In this document: one piece after another, positions 35,645 to 44,168 of the stretch
How the letters are laid out: every line of letters begins with the position of its first letter
How positions within the stretch are numbered: position 1 is the first letter of the stretch
Assembly: GCA_041652475.1 (NCBI GenBank)
Contig: JBAZHG010000003.1
Span: forward strand, 4,656-68,655
Length of the DNA stretch: 64,000 bases
Source: Bacilli bacterium
GTDB taxonomy: Bacteria; Bacillota_I; Bacilli_A; RFN20; CAG-826
Direction: 5' to 3'
Made by a program: the position numbers and the translations under genes
Notes under the pieces: model-generated
Database searches by the model: none
What the model was told of the DNA's origin: nothing
Seen by the model: only the letters and a program-made list of their open reading frames with translations

Positions 35645-37159
35645 ATGAAAAAGCCCGAATCGACAATTAAAAAACTGCAAACCAAATATTCCTCGCGGTT
35701 TTTGAAGTTGTTCAAAACCAACGCCGAATTCCAGCAATTCGTCGATTTGATTCGGAATTCCAAAGGAAACGTCTTCTCGTCGTTAGCCCGGGTCGAAACC
35801 CGCAAGTTCGACGAGGAATGGATCAAAGAGGTGGAAGCCGGCGTCGTCGCCATCGAGAACATCATCATCAACCCGAAACGGTTCATCAAGTTCCAATCGG
35901 AAGTAGTTCCGATCGAGATGGCCAAGAAGACCGGATCGGAGAGCATCCGCCACCTGGCCATGAATTCCCAGTTCATCAAGAAAATCGACGACAAGGGCAA
36001 CGTCATGCCCGAGAAGATCTTGAACATCTCCACCGATGACGAGCTGGCCATTTACGAAAACCGGTTCGTGGTCACCTTGATCCGCAAGTTGGTCCGCTTC
36101 ATCGAACTGCGCTACGACTATATCCAAAAGAAAGCCGAAATCCGCGATAGCGATTTGCTCTTCATGAAGAGCAGCCTCGAGATCGAAGGCGCCGTCTATG
36201 AATACGAAGGTAAGCTCCGTTTGTCAATCCCGTCGGCCGAAGGCGGCCAAAAGGACGCTAACGACGAACTTTTGAAGCGGATCACCGAAGTGCGGCAACG
36301 GGTCATCTTCATGCTTTCGTCCGAATTCATGAAAACGCTCAAAAACGCCATCCCGGTCACCAACCCGATCCAGATGACCAACATCATGAAGAAGAACCTC
36401 GACTACATCAAGGCTCATGACCTGTGGAAGTTCCTGGACCGCTACGACCAATTGGGCGTCACTTTCCAAATCAAGGAAACGACCAACCAGTTCAACGAGA
36501 ACAACTTAAAAGACATATACGCGCACATCGGCGCCTCGCTATTGATGGTCAACACCGACAAGACCAAGAAGATCAAGGTACCGAAAGACCAAATCAAACG
36601 CCACAAGATCATGCCGCGTTTCGAAAACCCGATCCTGGACAAGGACTTGACCGACGAGCGCTTCCAAGTGTTCGATAGCGGCCGCAAGGTCAGCGTCAAA
36701 ACCTTGACCCCGGCCCAGGAAGCGGCCTTGAAGAAACGCCGAGAATTAGCCGAAAAGAAACGTCAAATCAAACAAGCGCTGCTAGCTAAGAAGAAAAAAC
36801 GCGATCAGGAACGCAAAGAACGCGAAAAAGAACGCCAACGCCAGCTCGAAATCGAACGCAAAGAAAAAGCCGAAACCCGGCGCCTGGCCGCCGTCGAAAA
36901 GGAACGCCTGGCGAAAATCGCCGCCGAGGAACGGGCTCAAACCTTGGCTCTTGAAAAAGCCGAACGCGAATCGTTGAAGAAAATACTCGACGAAGAAAAA
37001 CGCCGCTTGGCCGAAGCCCGCCGCCATGTCAAAGCCATCGCCGCCGCGCAACGGAAAAGCGAAGAACCGCAACCGGCGGTCGCCGAAAACCCCGCCTCCG
37101 AGAATATCCCCGAGGATAATCCGGAACCGGCCGAAGCAATCACCGACATCACCCAGTAG
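35645..37159 (+). CDS. McrC/DUF2357-like N-terminal domain protein without a recognisable nuclease motif, with a long Lys/Glu/Arg coiled-coil tail; locus protein J
   Basis: Starts 3 nt after I. Has ..SIRHLAMNSQF..IYENRFVVTLIRKL.., as in McrC-like partners, but I found no D-x(n)-(D/E)-x-K block. The last 150 aa or so are a KKRRELAEKKRQ...EKERLAKIAAEERA charged helix. Confidence 0.5.
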   Translation: MKKPESTIKKLQTKYSSRFLKLFKTNAEFQQFVDLIRNSKGNVFSSLARVETRKFDEEWIKEVEAGVVAIENIIINPKRFIKFQSEVVPIEMAKKTGSESIRHLAMNSQFIKKIDDKGNVMPEKILNISTDDELAIYENRFVVTLIRKLVRFIELRYDYIQKKAEIRDSDLLFMKSSLEIEGAVYEYEGKLRLSIPSAEGGQKDANDELLKRITEVRQRVIFMLSSEFMKTLKNAIPVTNPIQMTNIMKKNLDYIKAHDLWKFLDRYDQLGVTFQIKETTNQFNENNLKDIYAHIGASLLMVNTDKTKKIKVPKDQIKRHKIMPRFENPILDKDLTDERFQVFDSGRKVSVKTLTPAQEAALKKRRELAEKKRQIKQALLAKKKKRDQERKEREKERQRQLEIERKEKAETRRLAAVEKERLAKIAAEERAQTLALEKAERESLKKILDEEKRRLAEARRHVKAIAAAQRKSEEPQPAVAENPASENIPEDNPEPAEAITDITQ

Positions 37160-37173
37160 AAGGAGCGCCGCCC

Positions 37174-37917
37174 ATGACCAAGGAAAACAAAAAAGCCAAG
37201 AGCATTGGATCGAAAATCGTATCATGGATTTTCGGGACTTTGATCGTGGCCATGCTGGCCTTTGAAGGCTATGGGCTCATCAGTTCACGAAGCAACCACG
37301 GAGTTCCGAATTTCTTCGGCTATCAATTCCTGGTCATCCAAACCGATTCGATGGACCTCGGCCCCGACACCTATCCGGTCGACATGGGCATCGTTGTCAA
37401 AAAAGTGGATCCCTCCACCTTGGTGGCCTCAACCGAGACCTCGGCTCACGACGGCGACGTGATTACGTTCTACCGTCGGTTGGATGGACGCGTGGTCACC
37501 CATCGCATCATTGAAATCGACGAAAACGCCTCCGGCTTGGTGTTTGTCTGCCTCGGCGACAACCTTGATGCCGAAACCTGCCCCGCCGGCGGTTGCAGCG
37601 AATCGAACGCCGACCGCATTCCCGAAGCCGACGTGATGGGCAAAGTCGTCAACAAGTCGGCCGCCCTTGGCACCGCCTATCGCTTCTTGTCGAATCCGGC
37701 CACGATGCTCTTGCTCGTATTGATTCCCCTGGCGATTCTCGTGGTCCTGTCGGCCATCGATTTCGTCAAAGCCTTGAAAATGAAGCAAGCTCCCGCCCCG
37801 GTGGGAGCGCCGATACTGACAAAAGAAGACATGGAAGCCATCAAAGAGGAGGCCCGCCGCTCGCTTTTAGAAGAATTAAAGGCGGCCCCCAAGGAGGATG
37901 AAACCAGTGAAAAATGA
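37174..37917 (+). CDS. sipW: Signal peptidase I, SipW (ER/archaeal) type
   Basis: GAAGGAG upstream. FFGYQFLVIQTDSM (catalytic Ser), GDVITF, VTHRII (catalytic His), GDN, a C-terminal TM and a charged tail. Collinear with B. subtilis SipW. Confidence 0.85.
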   Translation: MTKENKKAKSIGSKIVSWIFGTLIVAMLAFEGYGLISSRSNHGVPNFFGYQFLVIQTDSMDLGPDTYPVDMGIVVKKVDPSTLVASTETSAHDGDVITFYRRLDGRVVTHRIIEIDENASGLVFVCLGDNLDAETCPAGGCSESNADRIPEADVMGKVVNKSAALGTAYRFLSNPATMLLLVLIPLAILVVLSAIDFVKALKMKQAPAPVGAPILTKEDMEAIKEEARRSLLEELKAAPKEDETSEK

Positions 37918-39478
37918 AGAAAAACGATTAAAACACCGGTTTTTTGCCATTCAATTTGACATCCCGATTGCGATATTGGGGGCGAGTTTGATCGCCATCA
38001 TCGTCGTGGCGAGCGTCATCATGGACAATGGCGTCACCGACGGGCTCTTGACCGCCGAATTGCAGACGACCTTGATGACCTTCGGGGCCTTGATTGTCGC
38101 CATCATGGTGGCGCTGGCCTTCGTTGGCACCTTCCGGAGCAAATTCATTCACGGCCGCCGCTTGAACGAAGACATTTTCGCCACCGATCGCGGCGTCTTC
38201 AGCGAGAAGATGTTCGTCGATTCGATTTCAAAACGGGTCGGCCGCTACAACGGCCAGGCGGCCATCATCGCCTTCTCGATTTTCGAATTGAAGAAAATCG
38301 TCTTGAACATGTTCGGCTACCGGATGGTGGCCAAGATCGCCGGCTCGATTTCGAGCACGCTCATCAACCGCTACCAAGGCAAAGAGCATCGCGACATCGT
38401 CTATGGCTTCGACTACAACGAAAACTTCCTGTTGTTCCTGCCTTTCAGCAAGGGTCCCGACGAGGTGGCCGAGGAAATCAACAAGCTTAACGAAGAAATC
38501 CAAACGATGATCTTCAAGAACGGCTTGAACATGGACATCAACATCTTCTACGGCGTGTACATTCACAACAACCCGAACCTCAACAGTTACGAAATGATCC
38601 GGCGCGCCTTGATTGCCGCCGATTTCGGCATCCGCAACAAGATCAAGACCAACCAATTCGAAGAATACATGCTCGACGCCAACCAAACCGACCTCGTGCT
38701 GTCCAACGAATTGTCGGCGGCCATCGAACGCAAGGAACTCGAAATTTTCTACCAGCCGAAATTCGACATTAAATTGAACCGGTTCTTCGGAGCCGAGGCC
38801 CTGATCCGGTGGAACCACCCGACCCGCGGCCTTTTGTATCCGTCGTCGTTCATCCCCTTTGCCGAACGCAGCGACCTCATCACCCGGATTGACCGCTACG
38901 TCATCCGTCAGGTGATGGAAGACATCGCCTACTGGAAGGACAATTCGAAACGGCTCTTGACGGTGTCCATCAACTTATCGCGCCGCAGCCTTTATCAAAG
39001 CGATTTGATGGATTACGTCAACCAAACCATCAAGGAGACGCGGGCCAACCCGCTTTTGATGGAATTCGAATTGACCGAATCGACCGCTTCGCGCGACCTG
39101 TTGTTCGTCTCGGCGATGATGAAGCGATTCAAGAACATCGGCATCAAAGTCTCGATCGACGACTTCGGGACCGGCTATTCGTCCTTGAGCTACCTGAAGA
39201 AGATGCCCTTCGACACCATGAAAATCGACAAATCGTTCTTCGACGACATCGAAGTCGACAAGAAAGCCCGCGACGTCGTCAAAGCGATGATCGACGTGGC
39301 CTTGGCCCTCAACGTCTACGTGGTGGCTGAGGGCGTCCAGACCGCCAAGCAAGTCGCCCTCCTCAAACAGATGGGCTGCCACGCCATCCAAGGCTTCTAT
39401 TATTCGCACTCGCTGGCGCGTGACAAATACGAGCAATTCCTGCAAAATAATAAATTCGAGGGGGATAAAGCACCATGA
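37907..39478 (+). CDS. Membrane-bound EAL-domain c-di-GMP phosphodiesterase with a degenerate GGDEF domain
   Basis: Two TM segments. The GGDEF position reads FDYNENF. The EAL domain is intact: GAEALIRW, SINLS, ELTES, DDFGTGYSS, KIDKSF, EGVQ, QGFY. GTG at 37907 has the best SD spacing (GGAGG at 37893-37897); the ATG at 37898 is an alternative. Confidence 0.85.
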   Translation: MKNEEKRLKHRFFAIQFDIPIAILGASLIAIIVVASVIMDNGVTDGLLTAELQTTLMTFGALIVAIMVALAFVGTFRSKFIHGRRLNEDIFATDRGVFSEKMFVDSISKRVGRYNGQAAIIAFSIFELKKIVLNMFGYRMVAKIAGSISSTLINRYQGKEHRDIVYGFDYNENFLLFLPFSKGPDEVAEEINKLNEEIQTMIFKNGLNMDINIFYGVYIHNNPNLNSYEMIRRALIAADFGIRNKIKTNQFEEYMLDANQTDLVLSNELSAAIERKELEIFYQPKFDIKLNRFFGAEALIRWNHPTRGLLYPSSFIPFAERSDLITRIDRYVIRQVMEDIAYWKDNSKRLLTVSINLSRRSLYQSDLMDYVNQTIKETRANPLLMEFELTESTASRDLLFVSAMMKRFKNIGIKVSIDDFGTGYSSLSYLKKMPFDTMKIDKSFFDDIEVDKKARDVVKAMIDVALALNVYVVAEGVQTAKQVALLKQMGCHAIQGFYYSHSLARDKYEQFLQNNKFEGDKAP

Positions 39479-40209
39479 TCCTGATCCTTGGCTCCAACGA
39501 AGACGACATTCTTTATTTCATCAACCGCATGAACGTCGCCGGCATCGAGGAAATCGGCAGCCGCGTCAAAGTATACACGGGCGATTTCGCCCGGCAGCAA
39601 GTCGTGGTCACCTATACCGGAACCACGATGATGATGGCTTCGATGATCGCCGGGATGATGATTCAAAAATACCGGCCCTACCTCGTCGTCAACGTCGGAA
39701 GTGCCCACTCGATCCATCCCAAACTGAAACAAGGCGACCTCTTCCTGGCCGAGCGGGTTTACCTCAGCCACGTCGACCAGACGCCTTTAAACAGCAAAAT
39801 CAAATTCGGGCAGTTGCCCAGCGGGGCGATGTTCACCCACTCGGAAGACATGTGTCTGAACATCATCGAAATGCACAACAACCGCGAAGCCAACAAGACG
39901 ATCGTCCGCGGCTTCATCCTTAGTTCCAACCTTTTGATCACCAATCTTGAGGAAGCCAAGGACCTCGTCAAGAAGTACTACCAGCCTTTGAGCGAGATGA
40001 TCGCCATGGATACCGAAGTCGGCGGCATCGCCGTCGCCTGCCAATTCTACGACGTCCCGATCGTCTGCCTCAAAGCGATTACCTATGAAATCGGCAACAA
40101 GGAGCAATTCCTCTCCCGGGAACGCATCGGCGTCGAGATGACGCCCATCGTCGGCAACTTGATCGGACACCTCTTTCTGGAGTTGGCCAGCCAAGAACCG
40201 GTGCAATAA
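39475..40209 (+). CDS. PNP_UDP_1-family protein, MTA/SAH-nucleosidase-like but divergent
   Basis: ATGA overlap with the EAL gene. LILGSNEDD, VVNVGSAHS and AMDTEVGGIAVAC align by eye to MtnN. The (S/T)D catalytic Asp position reads ITYE. Confidence 0.55.
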   Translation: MILILGSNEDDILYFINRMNVAGIEEIGSRVKVYTGDFARQQVVVTYTGTTMMMASMIAGMMIQKYRPYLVVNVGSAHSIHPKLKQGDLFLAERVYLSHVDQTPLNSKIKFGQLPSGAMFTHSEDMCLNIIEMHNNREANKTIVRGFILSSNLLITNLEEAKDLVKKYYQPLSEMIAMDTEVGGIAVACQFYDVPIVCLKAITYEIGNKEQFLSRERIGVEMTPIVGNLIGHLFLELASQEPVQ

Positions 40210-40219
40210 TATGTCAAAG

Positions 40220-40250
40220 ACGCCCGCGCCACCGTCGCGGGCGTTTGCTT
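40220..40250 (+). terminator. Rho-independent terminator ending the riboswitch-2 operon
   Basis: 9-bp GC-rich stem acgcccgcg/cgcgggcgt followed by TTTGCTTT. Confidence 0.75.
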
Positions 40251-40278
40251 TAACGAACCTTGAAAGGAGACCCAACGT

Positions 40279-40824
40279 ATGAAAACCCTCGAAACCCCGC
40301 GTTTGATCCTCCGGTCGTTCTTATGGTCGGACCTCCCGTCTTTCAACCACTACGCCCAAAAAGCCACCATCGGGCCCAACGCCGGGTGGAAACCCCATGA
40401 ATCGATCCAGGAATCGGAAGCGATCTTGGCCAAATTCATCGAAGGCCAGGAAGTCTGGGCCATCACCTCGAAACGGGACGGCCGCCTCTTGGGCTCGATC
40501 GGCCTCCATCCCGACAACCATCGCCGCAACCCGCGGGCCCGTTCGATCGGATACGTCCTCGATGACGAGTTTTGGGGCCAGGGCTACATTACCGAGGCCA
40601 CTCGGCGCGTGATTCGATTTGCGTTTGAGGAGCTGGGTCTTGATTTGGTGACCGTCACCCATTATCCGTTCAACGAACGGTCTAAGCGCGTGATCGAACG
40701 CTGCGGCTTTGTTTACGAGGGCACATTGAAACAAGCCACGGTCCGCTACGACGGGGTCATCCTCGACGAAGTTTTGTACTACCTCGACCTCGAGCAATAT
40801 CAAAAGATCAAGCACCTGATTTGA
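40279..40824 (+). CDS. GNAT-family N-acetyltransferase (RimJ/RimL-like)
   Basis: The TPRLILR N-terminus, WGQGYITEA and the overall pattern. Confidence 0.8.
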   Translation: MKTLETPRLILRSFLWSDLPSFNHYAQKATIGPNAGWKPHESIQESEAILAKFIEGQEVWAITSKRDGRLLGSIGLHPDNHRRNPRARSIGYVLDDEFWGQGYITEATRRVIRFAFEELGLDLVTVTHYPFNERSKRVIERCGFVYEGTLKQATVRYDGVILDEVLYYLDLEQYQKIKHLI

Positions 40825-40831
40825 GAGCGAC

Positions 40832-40864
40832 AAAAAACGGGACTGATGCCAGTCCCGTTTTCTT
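40832..40864. terminator. Bidirectional terminator
   Basis: aacgggact-gatgcc-agtcccgtt flanked by A- and T-runs, between convergent genes. Confidence 0.8.
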
Positions 40865-40868
40865 ATGC

Positions 40869-42602
40869 TTATTTCTTTAAGAACTTGCGTTTTTCGGGGT
40901 CAACGTCGAAGCCGAGGGTTCCGCCTGGATTCATGATGTTGTCGGGATCGAAATAGTGCTTGAGGGCTTTCAAGGTGCCGTATTCGAGCGAACCGAGCGA
41001 ACCTTCGAGCCAAGGACCGAACATCTTGCCGATGCCGTGGTGGTGGCTCATGCTGGCGCCCGAGACTTGAATCGCGTCGAGAATGCCGCTATGGTAGGCC
41101 AGATAGTCGTCGATGTCGTTCATCTTGGTGATGAAGATGAAGTACAAATTGGCTCCTTGGGGATAGGCATGCGACAAGTGGGTGGTCACGATCGTGTTTG
41201 GGCGCGAATGGCAGTAAGCCCGGACGCTTTGATGGACTTTTTCCATGTTCGACCACAAGACGCTGCACTCGAGGGTGTCGGTCAGGATGCCGAAATCCTG
41301 CATCGAATCGCGGAGGTAGGGATCGGTGAACCGCCCGTGCTCCCAGGCGTTTGTCACGATACTCGTCAAACTCTTGCCACCGTGCTTGCGGGCGATCCGG
41401 CGGATGTTATTGGCCACGTTGCGGGCAAAGCCCTTCTCGCCTTCGCTCCACCCGATGAAGAGGCAGCGTTTCATTGGGAACATGCCCCACATCCGAAGCA
41501 AGGGGGCGATCGGCGATTCATCGACGTTATAAAGCCGCATCATCACGTCGGTTTCCTCTTCGTCCGAGAGCCGGAAAACCGAAGCGAACCCGGCTTCGCA
41601 TTGCATCATTTCGCGGGCGGCGGCCATGCCGTCAGCCCATGATTTGAACATGTAAGAGAATTTGTGGCGGTTTTGCTTACTCAAGCGGAAAATTCGAAGC
41701 GTGACTTCCGTCAAGACTCCAAAGGCGCCTTCCGAACCCATCAAGATATGGTTCAAGGAGGGGCCGGTGGCTTCGCGCGGGTAAGGCGAAGTCACAATCG
41801 GGCCGATCGGAGTGGCGTATTTCTGCTGGAGGACGATGTCCTCGATTTTGCCGTAGTAGGTGCTGTTTTGCCCCGCCCCGCGAGTGACGATCCACCCGCC
41901 GACGGAACTGTACTCGAACGATTGCGGGAAATGGCCGCAGGTATAGGCTCGTTTGGCTTTGAAGCGCTCAGGGGCTTCGTTTAGGATTTTTTCGAGCAGA
42001 GGGCCGCTCATGCCGGTCTGGACCGTGATCGTTTGGTCGATTTCGTTGAAATCGATCACTTTGTTGTAGCGCAGCCGCATGTCGAGGGAAACCCCGCCTT
42101 TCATGCACTCGACGCCACGGGTGACGCTGGAACCGCCCCCATAGACGTAAACCGGGATTTTTTCCTTGGCGCAATAGGAAACGACGGCTTCGATTTGATC
42201 GCGCGTATCGGGATATAAAACGACATCGGGAAGGTTTTCGATCTTTTGTTGGCGGATTCGTAGCACGTCGTACATCGTTTTGCCGTAGGCGACGCTCAGG
42301 CGCGAGTAATCGTCGGTGCGGACAAAGTCTTTCCCGAAAATGGCCACGAAGGCGTCGAGATGGCGCTTTTCGATCTGGGACGGGACGTTGTAGGCCACGC
42401 GGCCGAAACCGATGTCGCCGTCATAATGCTTGAAATCTTCGTCGTTAAGACCGAATTTTTCCTTGATGGCCTGATACAGGGTCTCTTTCGGCCATTTGAA
42501 GTAGGCGGGATCGCCCCAGCGGAAAATCGATCGAAACGAGTTCGAAGGAGCTGGTCGGTTGATCCATTCGGGAGAAAATCCCTTATACGGTTTGTTGGAC
42601 AT
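40869..42602 (-). CDS. FAD-linked oxidase (PCMH type), alkylglycerone-phosphate-synthase / GlcD-like
   Basis: 577 aa. FAD-binding segment VYVYGGGSSVTRG, and a C-terminus HHHGIGK...DPDNIMNPG typical of the family. Confidence 0.75.
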   Translation of the reverse strand: MSNKPYKGFSPEWINRPAPSNSFRSIFRWGDPAYFKWPKETLYQAIKEKFGLNDEDFKHYDGDIGFGRVAYNVPSQIEKRHLDAFVAIFGKDFVRTDDYSRLSVAYGKTMYDVLRIRQQKIENLPDVVLYPDTRDQIEAVVSYCAKEKIPVYVYGGGSSVTRGVECMKGGVSLDMRLRYNKVIDFNEIDQTITVQTGMSGPLLEKILNEAPERFKAKRAYTCGHFPQSFEYSSVGGWIVTRGAGQNSTYYGKIEDIVLQQKYATPIGPIVTSPYPREATGPSLNHILMGSEGAFGVLTEVTLRIFRLSKQNRHKFSYMFKSWADGMAAAREMMQCEAGFASVFRLSDEEETDVMMRLYNVDESPIAPLLRMWGMFPMKRCLFIGWSEGEKGFARNVANNIRRIARKHGGKSLTSIVTNAWEHGRFTDPYLRDSMQDFGILTDTLECSVLWSNMEKVHQSVRAYCHSRPNTIVTTHLSHAYPQGANLYFIFITKMNDIDDYLAYHSGILDAIQVSGASMSHHHGIGKMFGPWLEGSLGSLEYGTLKALKHYFDPDNIMNPGGTLGFDVDPEKRKFLKK

Positions 42603-42603
42603 G

Positions 42604-44160
42604 TTATTTCTCCTCTTCGCTATTGAAACGGCGCAATTCGCGGTAGAGCGGTCTCAAGGACGGATAAATGCGCTCGTAAATGCGGTTGTATAATTTTTCG
42701 TAGATGCGATGGACCTCGGGATTCGGGACGTAGGTCTTGGTGTAATGAACCATATGTTTGACCGCTTCATGGTAATCCTTATAGACGCCCATCGAAACGA
42801 AGGCCACCAGGGAACTTCCAAGGCCGCAAGCTTCGTAGGTTTGAATCTTGTGGACCGGTCGGTTGAACATATCGGCCGTGATTTGACATATTTCGTCGCT
42901 TTGCGAACCGCCGCCGGACACCGTCAAAGATTTGATGGGGGCTTTAAGGCGTTTCTCGAGATGGCGCATTCCCTCGAGGAGGCCGTAACCGATTCCTTCG
43001 ATGATGGCCCGATAGATATGGCTGCGGGTATGGTCGCCGGAAAAACCGATGATGGCACCCCGGGCTTCCGGACTCTTGAGCAAAGGGGCCCAATACGGCT
43101 GGAGCATCAATCCTTCGCATCCGGGCGGAACTTCTTTCAGCCGTTGGTTTAAAAGCTCTTCGGGGGCGAGGCCCTTTTCTTTGGCGTCGCGGACTTCCTT
43201 TTCGGCGAATTCCTTTTTGAACCAGCTGACCATCCAATAGCCGCGGTAGATTTGGATTTCGGGATTGTAGGTTCCCGGAGCCACGCCGGGATAGGCCGGC
43301 ATGAATTGGACCGGTTCGACGTAGGTCCGGGTCGTGGTTTGAATCGTGGCCGTGGTGCCGAAACTCAAGGAGGCCATCGAAGAATCGACGACTCCGGTTC
43401 CAAGCGTCTCGCATCCCTTGTCGCTTCCGGTGGCAATGAGGGGCAATCCTTCGGCGAGACCGAACCGTTTCGAGGCTTCGGGAGTGATATGCCCAAGGAC
43501 GGTCCCCGGTTCGACGATCGGAGCCAATTTATTTGGGGCGACGTTGAATATCGGATATTTGAAATGGTTTTCGGCGTACCAGACTTTGTTCTTGAAATCA
43601 TAGGGGATGTGGCCGATCTGGCTGGCGGAGCTATCGATGATTTTCCCCACCAACAGCGAGACCATATAAGTCGAAAACATCACGTACTTGGCGGTTTTTG
43701 CCCACAAATCCGGCTCGTTTTCGATCAACCAGTTGCTTTTGGTTATTTTGCGTTGATCCAGTATGGCCTCTTTCATGCCGGCGACCGCAAAGGCGAGCCG
43801 GGAGACCATCGGCATCGGATTGGCGCACTTGGCCTGGCGTTGGTCGAGCCAGACGATGATGTCGCGAAGCGGTTTGCCGGATTCATCCAGGCAGACGCAG
43901 GTATCGCGAATGGTGGTAATCGTCACTGCGATGACGTGGCTGACCAAGTCCGGATTTTTTTCATGGATGGCCAAGGATACTTCCCTCAGGGCTTCCTCGT
44001 AGACCGCGGGCTTTTGTTCGGCGTAACCCGGCTTCAGCGAATAATAAGGGGCAAAGGCTTTCTGCTCCTTGGCGAGAATCTCGCCCTTTTGATTGAAGAG
44101 CAAGGCGCGGATGCTTTGAGTTCCGCAGTCGAAAGTCAAAACCAATGGATCGTGATGCAT
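42604..44160 (-). CDS. FGGY-family carbohydrate kinase (not canonical GlpK)
   Basis: LTFDCGTQSIRALLF N-terminus and GGGSQSD C-terminal motif. Confidence 0.8.
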   Translation of the reverse strand: MHHDPLVLTFDCGTQSIRALLFNQKGEILAKEQKAFAPYYSLKPGYAEQKPAVYEEALREVSLAIHEKNPDLVSHVIAVTITTIRDTCVCLDESGKPLRDIIVWLDQRQAKCANPMPMVSRLAFAVAGMKEAILDQRKITKSNWLIENEPDLWAKTAKYVMFSTYMVSLLVGKIIDSSASQIGHIPYDFKNKVWYAENHFKYPIFNVAPNKLAPIVEPGTVLGHITPEASKRFGLAEGLPLIATGSDKGCETLGTGVVDSSMASLSFGTTATIQTTTRTYVEPVQFMPAYPGVAPGTYNPEIQIYRGYWMVSWFKKEFAEKEVRDAKEKGLAPEELLNQRLKEVPPGCEGLMLQPYWAPLLKSPEARGAIIGFSGDHTRSHIYRAIIEGIGYGLLEGMRHLEKRLKAPIKSLTVSGGGSQSDEICQITADMFNRPVHKIQTYEACGLGSSLVAFVSMGVYKDYHEAVKHMVHYTKTYVPNPEVHRIYEKLYNRIYERIYPSLRPLYRELRRFNSEEEK

Positions 44161-44168
44161 AAATCCTC

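Noticed and set aside
34628-35737. 369-aa ORF on the minus strand, antisense to the AAA+ gene and the start of J
   Set aside because: The translation is low-complexity and rich in E, D, G, V, F and R, with no motifs. It lies entirely opposite a gene with strong family signatures. This is the typical shadow ORF produced by GC-rich third codon positions.
34133-37159. Reading I-J as a conventional McrBC restriction system or mobile defence island
   Set aside because: Not adopted as the primary call, for four reasons:
- I has a TM anchor in place of a DNA-binding N-domain.
- I could find no PD-(D/E)xK block in J.
- The pair is embedded in the operon with 3-nt and 14-nt gaps.
- No integrase or repeat flanks were seen.

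I cannot fully exclude it without profile searches.
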